Source of the DNA: Folioceros fuciformis
Taxonomy: Eukaryota
Direction: 5' to 3'
DNA: 64,000 bases
NCBI GenBank assembly: GCA_049999805.1
Contig: JBNGIO010006406.1
Coordinates: 1 to 64,000, forward strand
Shown here: positions 51,701-63,425 of the stretch, one piece after another
How the letters are laid out: each line of letters starts with the position of its first letter
How positions within the stretch are numbered: the stretch's first letter is position 1
Program-made: the position numbers and the translations under genes
Notes under the pieces: model-generated
What the model was told of the DNA's origin: nothing
The model's input: the letters and a program-made list of their open reading frames with translations, nothing else
The model's database searches: none

Positions 51701-53019
51701 GAATCAGGTGTACTGTTGCCTTCTTCTCCCATAGCTGTGTAGACACAAAGTGCTTCCCATCCCAGGCCTTGATGAGAATATCCTGCTATCATGGCGTTCC
51801 ACGTCGCCACATCTTTTCGACCAAGCCCATCAAACACTCTCTTAGCATCTGCCAAGCTGCCACATTTTGCATACATATTCACCAAACTGTTACCGACCAA
51901 TACATCAGTTTGACGCCCCTGTTCTCTAATCTGCACATGAAACTGCTTCCCCAGCTCCAAAGCTGGGCTGCCCTCACTTGCACATGCCTGCAGGAGGCAA
52001 GCAAATGTGACGGAATTGGCTTCTGTGCAGCCTTCTGCTCGCATAGCCCTGTAGAGACGCAGGGCTTCCTGAGCCATGCCCTGCTGGGAATACCCTGAGA
52101 TCATGGCATTCCAAGTCACCACATCTTTTCGACCAAGTCCGTCAAACACCCTTCGAGCATCTTCTAAGCTGCCACACTTTGCATACATGCCCACCAAGCA
52201 ACTGCAAACGAACAAATCAAGCTCAACACCAACAGCCAACACATCAGCATGCAGCTGCTGCCCGGTAATCAAGTCTCCTTTCCTTGCACAAGCCTGAAGG
52301 GCAGCCACAAACACATGCCCATCTGGCCTCACACCTGACCTGCGCATGCCATGGTACAGTTGTATAGCTTTCTCGTCTTCTCCTTGTTTAACATGCGCAG
52401 AGATCAAGGACGACCACATGAAGGCATCCGGTGTGGCAACCATGGTGAACACATCCATCGCGTCTTGCAACCTGCCATGAGAAGCATACATTCGCAGGAT
52501 GTGGTTGCAGATGAACGTGTCCGTCCCAAATCCCGTCTTCACCGTAAAGGCATGAATGCGGCGACCGAGAGCAACATCCTTCTTTAGTACACACTCTTTC
52601 AGGACCGCATAAAAGAGAGATCTGGAAACGCAAAATGCAGTCTCCACCAAAACTCCCAAGGCCTCAACAGCTTCAGCCAGCTGGCCCTGCTCACATAGCA
52701 TGCTCACAGTTTCGGACGTTACAATCCTTCCGTATCCTGCAGGACTGTTATTCCGCCACAATGTGTGGCCTCCAAACAGGAGCTCGCTGGAACACCCATG
52801 TCCTGACAACCGTCCTTTCGGACAGGCTGGTTCTGTTGGAACGCTGTGGCACCTCGCACCTGCAGTGTTTCCCAACGGTGGGCTCCATGAAGGGGAACCA
52901 GCATGGGCTTGTACAACAGTGCCTGTGAACCCACCACTTTGTTGGGTCCACGGCAATCCCTTCCATAACGAGTCCGGTTGCCCCTTCCAAAGCTCAATTC
53001 CACCACTCCACACAGCCAT
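48727..53019 (-). CDS. Long PLS-class PPR protein with E domains and WW-type PG box, truncated before DYW (intronless)
   Basis: 1430-aa ORF with ~11 P-L-S triplets at a 312-bp period; HYTCMVDLLGRAG E domain; ends KEPGQSWWTDADGQLHSF. Confidence 0.95.
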   Translation of the reverse strand: MAVWSGGIELWKGQPDSLWKGLPWTQQSGGFTGTVVQAHAGSPSWSPPLGNTAGARCHSVPTEPACPKGRLSGHGCSSELLFGGHTLWRNNSPAGYGRIVTSETVSMLCEQGQLAEAVEALGVLVETAFCVSRSLFYAVLKECVLKKDVALGRRIHAFTVKTGFGTDTFICNHILRMYASHGRLQDAMDVFTMVATPDAFMWSSLISAHVKQGEDEKAIQLYHGMRRSGVRPDGHVFVAALQACARKGDLITGQQLHADVLAVGVELDLFVCSCLVGMYAKCGSLEDARRVFDGLGRKDVVTWNAMISGYSQQGMAQEALRLYRAMRAEGCTEANSVTFACLLQACASEGSPALELGKQFHVQIREQGRQTDVLVGNSLVNMYAKCGSLADAKRVFDGLGRKDVATWNAMIAGYSHQGLGWEALCVYTAMGEEGNSTPDSLTFVCLLQACARLGTPALEKGRQIHVQIREQGYQADNVVVNSLVNMYAKCGSLEDARSVFDGFRQKDVVMWNAIIAGYSQQGMGQEAIRLFWAMQEEAVAVPDSVTFVCVLRACACVGNPALEIGKRLHVQIKEQGLQADESVANSLVTMYAKCGSLEDAQSVFDVIDRKSVVTWNAMIAGYSQQGMGQEALCVYTKMAEESNTLPNSVTFVCLLQACACIGTSALEKGRQLHAQIKERGNEADSFVANSLVNMYAKCGSLADAQKLFDKLGYKDVVTWNAMMRAYSQQGKGWKALRLYGNMQTDSTVVPDSVTFVCLLQACAGIGMSALEFGKQLETQIREQGHLADQFVVNSLVNMYAKCGSLEDARRVFDGLCQKDVVTWNSIIAGYSQQGLGQEALCLYTAMQEEGMTVPNPVTFVSLMQACASVGAPALAKGKQLHVQIEEQGHEADVFVASCLVNMYVKCGSLADARRVFDGRAEKDVVIWTAMIAGYSQQGMGQEALCLYSAMQKACLAVPDSVTFACLLQACASVGSSALKIGKQLHSQIRERGHEVDVFVASSLVNMYAKCGSLERAQRVFDGLGQKDVVTWTAMIAGCSQQGMGQEAIRLYSAMQNEGVAVSDSVTFVSLLQACAGVGAPALEIGRQLHVQIKERGYLADVFVANSLVNMYAKCGSLEDARSVFNRLVQKDVVTWNTMITGYSQQGRGPEALRLYSEMQDEKTAEADSVMFVTLLQSCANVADLHLGRRLHMQIKEQGLQDDLIIAGSLINMYGKSGSMVEAQQVFDALSVRDTVAWSALVAGYTCQGDSEAVFALVQRMEEDGLQPDSITFLSVLTVCNHASLVTKGRDYFEAMSNYGITPTADHYTCMVDLLGRAGRLDEALALVRTMPVLPNAAVWHTLLSACRKWSNVEVGCDAFNQAVQLEKNDAAAYVLMSSIYTGAQMWERAEKMQARRKGVRAWKEPGQSWWTDADGQLHSFLAKRGLDTLS

Positions 53020-54153
53020 ACACTCCAGTCACAGGGAATGCATCGCCTGGAATACGATGGGTTTCATGAGCGATCCTGATCCGTCGCACTGCTCCATCAG
53101 ATGCTGCATCTAAGAATTCGAGGTCTAATAGAACCTTGATCCAAAATCGCTGTCCACCAGGAAGGAAAAATTAGAGTGCGGTGACGTTTGAGCTGGGACG
53201 GAAACATGTCTTTCCTTGTTTCTTATTTTTGCTTCTGTTTTCTCTTCCCAAAGCGTGTTGCATCCTCTTGAGACTTTTCATTTGTTCTAGAAACTTATTA
53301 CTCAAACATGCAAATATGCCTTAATTACTTGCTTTGCTCACTATTTCCAGTTTACAGTTCTTAGGTTGCAAACCATGGGTTGCAATTTAGATTTACGATT
53401 TGTGTGCCTCGAACCATTAGCTAATTTGGATTCACTATGGCATATTAAAGGGGTTAATCTCTCTTTTCCCCTATTTTAATCATTTTTCCATAAGTAACTT
53501 CTAGCATGTCCTTCCTCGATTCCCAAATAAACGATGTATGCTTTGGTCACCCAAACACAAAGGGCATTACACCAAATAAGGCAAACAAAGTGATTAAAAC
53601 CATGGCAACTTAGGGTTTGAGTGGAAGCGAATTAGCCCAAAATTTTTACACCACATGCCTTCTTTGTAATACTGCAAACTCGAATGCATGTTGTACTAAA
53701 AACTCTTTCCTAGCCCATAACTACAAGCATCCTCATATGTTGTGGGCTTGCCACTTCCATAACCCAACCATCTATGAGCATCTTGTTAAGGGTAGGGTTT
53801 ATGTGTGACAACCCATCCAATCATATGTAAGTGTCTTTCTAACGACTATGGGTTGCGATCCAATCTTTTCCCTTAATCGGGCTTTATGACCAATGGCTCC
53901 ACAATCAGCCTATTCATACTTTATGTTTGAGAGTGTGCTTGCCTCCGAAACCACAAACTTGTGGAATTTATCTCTCATATTGGACACATCTCTTACTTCA
54001 AGCCATTCTGGAACAAACAAGGACAAAAATCGAACCAAGCGTACATTGGAATGAAAAGTCATCTCCAGACAATCACGCAATTGAATTATAGCAATCTTAT
54101 AACACAAAGCGAGCACTCCAAATCTCATAGTACAAACAGCTATAGCCTTGATA

Positions 54154-54360
54154 TGTTAGAGTTTTCTAGAGCGGAGAGCTTGAGAAAATCAGAACAATGG
54201 TAGGCAAAAGAATAATACATTACAATTAACAAAAATGTTTAAATATGTAAGTAAAGTGTCTCTTCATATTAGGGCTAATTAATCAAGGCTAATTATGGTA
54301 AATATATTATCAACCCTAATCTAATGACGTGGTTACCAAGACCCGGTAGGTCTCTTAACA
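54154..54360 (-). repeat. 3' LTR (207 bp) of the minus-strand Ty1/copia element
   Basis: TGTTA...TAACA inverted termini; polypurine tract (minus strand AAGGGGG) just inside at ~54364-54370. Confidence 0.8.
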
Positions 54361-57300
54361 CACCCCCTTAACCACGACAGACTAACGCAGTTCGGAGGAC
54401 ACGTCACACAGCCACGGTCAAACAAGCAGCAGGAAATCGCGATTAAATACAGCAAAGGAGCTTCATCCGCGAGAGCCTGATGCGCCGGACGTGAAGCAAG
54501 TCAAGAGTCCAAAACCTGTTGAGAGGCAAAGCCAACATAATCCACAAGCCCCATCTGATCACGAAAGAAAGAATGCTTGGATGTCGGCAAGGCCTTGGTA
54601 AGCAGGTCAGCAACATTGAAATCTGTTGATACATAAGAAATCTTGACAATTTGCCTTTCAACGGAGTGTCGCACAAAATAATGCTGAATTTCAATGTGTT
54701 ATGTGCGGGCATGGAAACGCGGGTTTCCAACCAAAGCAATGGTAGACTGATTATCACAAAACACCGTTGTGGGTTGTGCTTGTGGAAACAAGAGGCCAGC
54801 CAAGAAACTACGCTCCCACTCTGCCTCCTTAGCAGAGTCTGTAAGAGCCTTATACTCGGCTTCCGTGGAGGACAAGGCCACGGATACTTGTTTCTTTGAG
54901 CTCCAATTTACAACAGCTCCAGATAAGAAGAAGCAGTAGGCTTACAAACTCCGACGGGTTTCAAGGTCTGTGGCCCAATCGGCGTCGGCATACCCAACGA
55001 GTGTGAAATCTGAATCAGGTGAGCCAAGCCGATAGCAGAGACCATAAGTTGAAGTTCCTCTAAGATATCGCATTACACGCTTGACTGCACTCCAATGATC
55101 TTTACCAGGTTTTTCCAAAAATTGGGACACTGAACTAACGGCATGTTGAATGTCAGGCCGTGTCCAGCAAGCAATGTAATTAAGGCATCCTACAGCATGC
55201 CTGTATGGAACATCCATCATGGCCTGTTGCTCTTCTTCACTTTGTGGTGACTGCTGTGAGGTCAGCTTAAAACCTACAACCCCTGGTGTGCTAACAGGTT
55301 TTGCTTTGTCCAGATTGAAACGCTTTAAGGTCTCATTGATATATTTAGATTGATGCAGAATAAGAGTCTTATTGCCGCGGTCTCTGATTAGTTGAACACC
55401 AAGTACAAAGGTAAGTGTGCCAATATCCCTCATATTATATCTTTTGTGAAGCATTTGCTTTACCCAATCCAAGAGCTTGCGATTATCAGAGGAAAAAATA
55501 GCGTCATCAATATACAAGGCTAAGATGACAACATGGCCATCTCTGGAATATCGATGGACATTCACATCAGCAGGGTTCTGGACAAAACCTATGGACTTAA
55601 GGTAAGCGTCTATGTTCTTCAGGGTGCTCTAGGTAAATTTCCTCCTCAAGCTCACCATACAAGAAAGCTGTTGAGACATCCATTTGTTCCAAGTCCCAAT
55701 CGCGTGCAGCAGCTAGGGCTAAAATCATTCTGATGGACTGCGTTTTGACTACAGGACTGAAAGTCTCAACATAATCTACACCAGCTACCTGCGAAAAACC
55801 TCGAGCGACCAATCTGGATTTACACCTAGCTATCTGGCCTTGAGCATTTAGCTTGTGTTTAAAAATCCATTTACAACTCACGGCCTTCCTTCCAGCAGGT
55901 AGGGGGCATAGCTCCCATGTTTCATTTTGTATAAGAGAATTATACTCATCTTGTATGGACGGGATCCAATGATCCTTATCCTTACCAGTGACAGCTTCCT
56001 GATAACTGCGGGGTTCGGCAGGATGATCTGTAGAGGAAGATAACACCAGAGATGGGTTTTGTGTCAGCCTGGACGATTTAGGGATTCTAAAATCCACTGA
56101 CTCATATGGTTTCTCGTGCCACTGATCCCTAGGGTTTCGGATTCTGCTTGGGTATCTGCGTTCTTCAGTCACTGGGACGGGAGCATGTAAGACAGGGGAC
56201 TCAGGAACATCAGGAACTGAGGTGCCTGGGGCTTCATCAACATCATCATCAGAAGACGCAGAGGAATGAAGAAGATCAGGTGAGTCTTCAACTAAAGGAA
56301 ATTCGCCTAAGTCATTAATCTGTGCTGCAGGGGGTTCATTATCTTCAGCATAGTCTTCAGCACTTGCATCACTTAGCAGCCCATGTGTGTCATTTAATTC
56401 AGCGGGATCATCTGGTTGGACAGGAGAATGACCTAAAACAAGCAAGTCAAGTGGTGCGGAGGAAGATGACGGTGCAGGGGACTGAGAACCACCCCCTGAA
56501 CCACCAGGAGCAGCAGCAGCAGCAGGAGCACCCCCTGAAAGGGGAACCATGTAAACATCCTGAGGATACTCCGAAACTTCAAGGTCAAAGTCATCAGCAG
56601 GAGAAGAAATAGCCGAAGGGTCAGCAAAATGAGGAACGGCCGGGCGGGTAAGCTCCTTGAAAGTAACACTGCGAGCAAAGGTGCAGGTACGAGACAGAGG
56701 ATCATATAATTTGTAGGCCTTGGTCTCCTCACCATAACCCACAAAAATGAGAGGCTTTGCCCGGTCGTCAAGTTTCTTGCGTTGTTTCTTAGGGATATAA
56801 GCATAAGCCGGTGAGCCGAAAACACGCAAGTGGACGAGGCTGGGGCGGCGGTGCCAAATGACCTCAAAAGGAGTCCGAGTCTCCACAGAACTGGTAAGAA
56901 GTCGATTTAGAATGTATGTAGCCGTGACAACAGCTTCAGCCCGGTAGGATTTATCCAAACCTGACCACTGAAGCATGCTGCGTGTCATTCCAAGTAATGT
57001 CCGATTCCTCCTCTCAGCCACGCCGTTTTGCTGCTGTGTGTAGGGGACAATCAACTGACGAATAATTCCACGCTTCAAGAGATACTGGTTAAAATCTTGA
57101 TTAACAAATTCAGTACCATTGTCCGATCGCAAACAACGAAGGAGACGGCCGTTCTGACGTTGCACCATGAGAAGCCATTCTTGGAATACAGGAAATGTGT
57201 CAGATTTACGCTGAAGAGGGAAAGTCCATGAATAGCGACTGTAGTCATCGGTAAGTGTCATGTAATAGTGGGAACCGCCTAAAGAAGGCACTTGAATTTT

Positions 57301-60060
57301 GCCTGAGATATCTGTGTGCACCAGATCCAGGACGTTGGAAGTACGGTGAGCAACCGTAGCTGGAAAGGGGAGTTCCTTTTGCTTAGAAAGGACGCAGGAG
57401 TCACACAAGGCAAGTTCCTTAAAACAAGTTGGCAGTGGCTCACGATAACAGTCAGTGTTGGACATCTTAATAAGTTTGTTCTTATTTGCATGGCCCAAAC
57501 GGGCATGCCACAATTGTGCTAATTCTGACTGTGTGTAAGCAGCTGCAAAAATGCTGTGAGCAGATTGGCAACATATATCTAGGCGATATAAGTCATCAAC
57601 CAGAAGCCCACAAGCCACTGGATCATCAGCACCTTTATGGGTGAGCATGCAACCATCAGCTGTAAATAACAGGTCAAACTGCCCAAGTTTCATCAACTGG
57701 CTAACCGAAAGAAGATGCTTTGCCATGGTAGGAACGTAGAGAACGTTGTCCAACTGCAGTGCAGAGCCATCCTTAAGTCGGAAAGTACATGATCCTGTAC
57801 CAAGAATTCTCAAACCTGTTCGGGTAAGTTCATCTCCCAACCACACCTTCTCATTAGTATGTGTTGGAGAAAATTTACTAAGCAAGTGACGATTATGGCA
57901 GATATGGGTTGTGGCACCCGAATCCAAATACCAAGAATCTGGCTCACAGATTGTGTTGGAATGGCAGACGGTCATCACAACTGGCTGCTGGCGAGAAGAA
58001 GAGGTCGGTGAAGACCTGTCCTTGGAAACTGAGTGGGCCTCAACCGTTTTCTGGGGTTTCTCGGCCTTCCTCGGTTCTCCATTTTTCTTCTTCTTGCATT
58101 CGCGCTCCCAATGCCCTGGAAACCCACACCAGTTGCAGGATCCAGATCGTTTTCCTTGCCCTGGCTTGGATACACCAACACCAGGTATATTCTTAATTTT
58201 CCCTTGTGGTTTGTTCTTGTTAGAATACAGGACCTTATCAGCTTTTGTCTTTCCTGGTGTATGCATGCTGCGACTTTGCTCTTCCTGTAGAAGGGCACCA
58301 ACAATATCTGTGAAGGATATGTTGGGTACTTGTCCAGCAGCAGCAGCTTGTTGGGCAACATGAAGAGCTGCCCCATAGCTTGAAACGAAGGACTGATAAC
58401 TATGGGGAAGACTAGTTAGAAGTTGAGCCACAGCGTCAACCTCGCCCAGCTGAGAACCAAGTGAGATCAGCTGTGATCTCAAGTGTCTGAACTTAGCCAC
58501 GAAGGTGGCTACTTTCTCTCCCTCCTTCATCCGTAATGAGAAGAGTTCCCCACGTACTGTGCATAGTGTAATGATATTCCTCACATCATAAGTTTGTGAC
58601 AGCTGATTCCAGATGTCCTCGGCCTTAAAAAGGTAAGCTACATCGGGAACAAGTACCTCATCTAACCCACTGATGAGCAGGGCATGAGCGACGTTATTTG
58701 CATTCAACCATCGGTCCTTGTCATCTTGTGTGGCGTTAGGTGAGGGTTGTGGAATCTGGCCATTCGCAACTCCCCAGACATGCCTGGCATCAAGGGCAGC
58801 TTGCATCCGGACACTCCACACCTGGTATTTTGTACCATTGAATCGATCACGTTCTTTGAATTCAATGGTGTACGCCGGCTGATAAATGTGAGCTTGAGCA
58901 GCAGGCGAGCCTGAGGTTGCTTGTGCAGGCGGATTAGGTGGTGGTACGGGCGGAGGTGGTGGAGGATTGGGTGGTCCGCCACTGCCACCTGATCCACCAC
59001 TGGCACCGCCAAGACCAGAATACTAGTTACCAAGTCCACCAAGTCCTGCATAAAGGCTTGTGTAGGGGTTTGGAAAAACGCCAGAGGTAGTGGCAGCACC
59101 AGAGGTAGAGGCGGAAGCTCCACCTGCACCCTGCGCTGGACCTGACGTAGAGGAAGATGGCGGCGGTGGCACAACAGTGCTGCCTGGAGTTGCAGAACTC
59201 ACGGCGGGGGAGACGTTTCCACTCCCCACGCCAAAGAGGAGCCCTGCAGAACTCTGCGTGGTGTTCATCGCGCACGCAAGCAGTTAACAGGCTCGATTCT
59301 CAAAGGTGGATGCTGAAAAACTGATTCGCGCTAATCGATTGTGTAGACCAGCGCGGAGCATGCTGAGTTTCGGGAAGAAAAAAAATCAAGCGCAAGACGG
59401 GGGCGAACGGTTGCGAGGTGGTGTGCAAGGTAGCAAGCCGGCAAAGCCGCGAACCAGCTGTAGCGGTTACAGAGAAATCCCTTGCCTCTGAAAAGTTGCT
59501 TCACCAGTCGCTTCTGTTTCGCCATTTGAGCATGCACCCTTTGCGACCACACACATCCGGATTAATCTGACAATGTTGACCTGGATTGCTGATCATAGGG
59601 CAGAGGCGCGTCCTCAAGATCTTGCATCGCCTGGCCGTGGCAGGTGCAAATAGTCGCGCCCCTATCGCTCTCCGGCCAGCAACGGTTCAGCGTCGCGCGC
59701 GCGTCCTCGAAATCTACTTACATTCGCCCGCGCACGTAAGCTGATTCAGGGTCATGAACTCAGTTGTGCCGATTGAAATCTCGCGTTTGCTGAGTCTGTC
59801 TTTGTGCAAACGCGCCAGAGTTGATGTCGCTGATTACAAATCGCATGAGTATAGGGAAAGATGGCCTGTTCAAGAGGAATTGCGTCCCGACAAGAATCGC
59901 TCCAGCAAGGTAATGAATCTCCCATACCGATTTATAAGGGCTCGCATTTGAGTTTGCAGAAGTCTGAGGTCGCGTAATCGAAAATTGTCCTTTCCCAAAA
60001 ACTGAGGCGGAGATCTTCTCTGAAAGAAATCTATGCTCTTCTTTTCGGGAAGTCTTTCAA
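54154..60060 (-). mobile_element. Ty1/copia LTR retrotransposon, decayed, 5' LTR missing
   Basis: Gag from ATG 59268 (in-frame TAG at 59023), CNWCGFPGHWERECK zinc knuckle, WYLDSGAT protease, WHARLGH/DLVHTD/RSDNGTEF integrase, RLVARGFSQ and YIDD RT, YADADWA/STEAEY RNase H. Deletion and frameshift at ~55600; stops at 54942 and 54699. Confidence 0.93.
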
Positions 60061-63000
60061 ATCGGCTTGGAAATAACTACGCATGCGAGATTGCAGGCGT
60101 TGGTGATGTGCAGCTGAAGTTCGACAATGGATCTTCATTCATACTGAAGGATGTTAGGCATGTTCCGAAGTTGGCTAAAAGCATGATTAGTGCAGGGCAG
60201 TTGGATGACGCTGGCTACCACTGTTGGTTTGGAGATCTTTCTTGGAAGATCTCCAAAGGTTCTCTTGTGTTAGCTCGTGGATCGAAGTGTAGCACTTTGT
60301 ACTCACTTCAGGTAACCACTGTCAAGGATCATGTGATTTGTGTACAGGAACAGCCAAGTGTTTCCTTGTGGCATAGTCGGTTAGGACATATGTCTCAAAA
60401 AGGAATGAAGATACTATCTCATTTTGGTTACGTCCCTGCTTTTGATTTCTCCGATTTCTCCGTGTATGAGCATTGTCTGTATGCGAAACAGACGAAGTCA
60501 CCACATGGAGCAAGAGGTGAACACAAAAGTAAACCTCTTGAATTGGTTCACAGTGACGTTTGTGAACCTATGCTCACTGTATCGTTAGGCGGTGCATCCT
60601 ATTTTGTCACTTTCATACATGATTTCTCACGAAAGGTGTGGGTTTATCCTTTGAGGAAAAAGGATGATGTTCTGACAGTTTTTCAGAAGTTCGTCACCCT
60701 TGTGGAGAATCAGTCTGGTCTGCGACTGAAATGTCTAAGGACGGACAATGGGGAAGAGTATGTTTCGAAGGCTTTTCAGTCTTTCTGTGATTCCAAGGGA
60801 ATAAGGAGAGAATTGACTGCCCCGTGCACTCCTCCCAAGAATGGTGTGGCTGAATGGATGAACAGGACCATCCAGGAGAGGATGCGTAGTTTGTAGTCAA
60901 ACTCTGGATTGCCTAACGGATTTTGGGCAGAAGCAGTGGCTACTGCGGTGCATCTTATTAAGAGATCTCCTAATAGAGCTGTGGATGAACAGGTTCCAGA
61001 GGAGATGTGGTCTGGAAACCAGCCGTCATACAAGCATCTTCGAGTGTTTGGCTGCGAGGCATACTACCATGTTTCGAAGGAGTTTCGGAACAAGTTGGCC
61101 CCCAAGTCCAAGAAATGTATCTTTCTTGGCTATGGTGAATCTGGTGAGAAGGGATACCGTCTGTGGGATCTAGAAGCCAAGAGGATGGTTCGCAGCAATG
61201 ACGTGTTCTTCAATGAGACCAAGATGCACAAGAAGCCTACTCCAACTGTGGAGGTGCGATGGGTAGTTTTCCAAGAAGATGGACTTGACCATCCTGCGCA
61301 GGTTAAACGTCGTGATGTGCAGGAACAAGTTCCTCCACTTGTACAAGAAGCGAGAGGGCAACCAGCTCCGGTCGAGGGGCCAGTGCTTCGTAGGTCAGGA
61401 AGGATCTCACGTCCTCCTGACATGTATGTTGCATCTCTTGATTATGTCATGTTGACGGATTGTGGGGAGCCCTCTTGTTACCAAGAGGCCATGTCAGTGA
61501 ATGACAAGGACAAGTGGGAGAAAGCGATGCAGTCGCAGATGGATTCGCTCCACAAGAACCAAACTTGAGAATTGGTTCGGTTGCCTAAGGGCAAGAGGGC
61601 GTTGCCATACAAATGGGTGTATAAGATGAAGGACATACCCCATTATGGCAAACCCAAGTACAAGGCACGATTGGTTGCGAAGGGTTTTAAGCAACAGCAA
61701 GGTATTGACTTTGATGAGATTTTCTCACCGGTTGTCAAAATGACCACCTTGCAATGTGTTCTTAGTCTGGTTGCGAGGCTGGACATGGAACTTGTCTAGA
61801 TGGATGTGAAGTTGGCATTTTTGCGTGGTGATCTCTAGGAAGAGGTATACATGTAGCAACCAGAGGGTTTCATTGAGAAGGGCAAAGAGAATCTGGTGTG
61901 CAGGTTAAAGAAAAGCCTTTATGGTTTGAAGCAAGCACCAGGGAGTGGTATTTCAAGTTCCACTCATTTATGCTTTCTCAAGGCTACAAGCGTAGCGATG
62001 AGGATCATTGCCTCTATACGAAGCAAGCTAAGGATGGAAGCTTGCTCATTCTGGTCCTCTATGTGGATGATATGCTAATTGGTGGGACTAATAGTGATGA
62101 GATTTCAACATTAAAGTCAAAGTTGAATAGTCTCTTTGACATGACAGACTTGGGAGAGGCAAGTGGGAGAGGCAAGCCATATTCTTGGCATGCGTATCCG
62201 TCGAGACAGACAGCAGCGTTTGTTGTACATGTCTCAGACTGAATACATTAACAAGGTGCTTCAACGTTTCAATATGGAGAAGGGGAAGGTATTAATTACT
62301 TCGTTGCCTCCATATGTGAAACTGTCGAGCAAGGATTTCCCAAGCTCTGCGGAGGACAAAGCTGAAATGGAGAAGGTTCCATACTTATCAGCTGTAGGGA
62401 GTTTGATGTATGCAATGATCGCTACACGTCTTGACATTGCCTTTGTAGTGGGAGTGGTTAGCAGGTTTATGTCAAACCCTGGGAGGAAGCATTGGGAGGC
62501 AGTGAAAGGAGTTATGAGATACTTGAATGGTACGAAAGCTTTGAGCTTATGTTTTGGTAGTGAAGATGCATCTGTCGTAGGATATACGGATGCTGATTAT
62601 GCAGGGGATATGGACAAAAGGAGGTCCACATCAGGTTATGTCTTCATGTGCACTGGAGGGGCAGTCTCATGGCGATCGCGTTTGCAATCGTGCAAAATGC
62701 TATCTACCACAGAGGCCGAGTATGTTGCAGCGACTGAGGCGTGCAAGGAAGCCATGTGGCTTGCTCGTTTAGTGGGAGATTTGGGGATCAAGGTTGCGCT
62801 GCCAGTGTTGCATTGTGATAGCCAGAGTGCTATCCAATTGGCGAAGAATCCAGTGTTTCATGCGAAGACCAAACATGTGGAAGTGAAGTATCACTTCATT
62901 CGAGGGGTGTTGGAAGACAAGAGGGTACAACTTGTAAAAGTCCACACTAGTTAGAACCCTGCAGATGTTCTTACCAAGGGGCTCTCTTCGGAGCAATTCG

Positions 63001-63101
63001 CACAAGCTCGGACACTCATGGGCATGAGTTAGACCACTCCCCTATGAAGGTAAATTGGCCTTTTAAGGGGGCGGTCTTAGGGTTATTAAAGCCCAATGTG
63101 C

Positions 63102-63193
63102 TTAGACTAATGTGATTAGTCTAATTAGACTAATCACATTAGTCTAATTAAACTAATGTGATTCGTTTAACTAGACTAATGTAATTAGTCTAA
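63102..63193. repeat. Four tandem 23-bp self-complementary units (TTAGACTAAT-GTG-ATTAGTCTAA)
   Basis: Units at 63102, 63125, 63148 and 63171; unit 2 is the exact reverse complement of unit 1. Confidence 0.9.
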
Positions 63194-63425
63194 GATAAGC
63201 ATCTAATTAAGTATCATTAGTTTAGATTAGCTTAAGCTAATCTTTAGGAAGCTTCCTGCATAGCTTCCTGTGAGCTTCTTGTGAAGCTTCCTTGGGAGCT
63301 TTTCTAGAGGGTATAAATACCCTCTTGAGCTCCCTTTGCAATAGAGCTGCGAGACCTCGTTTTCTCCTCTCCTCCTTGCCTCCTCCTCTCCTCTCCTTCA
63401 CCATGTAGTTCCTAGCGATCCTTCA

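Noticed and set aside
53200-54150. Short ORFs between the PPR gene and the copia LTR
   Set aside because: AT-rich with no motifs; at most an unidentifiable TE remnant.
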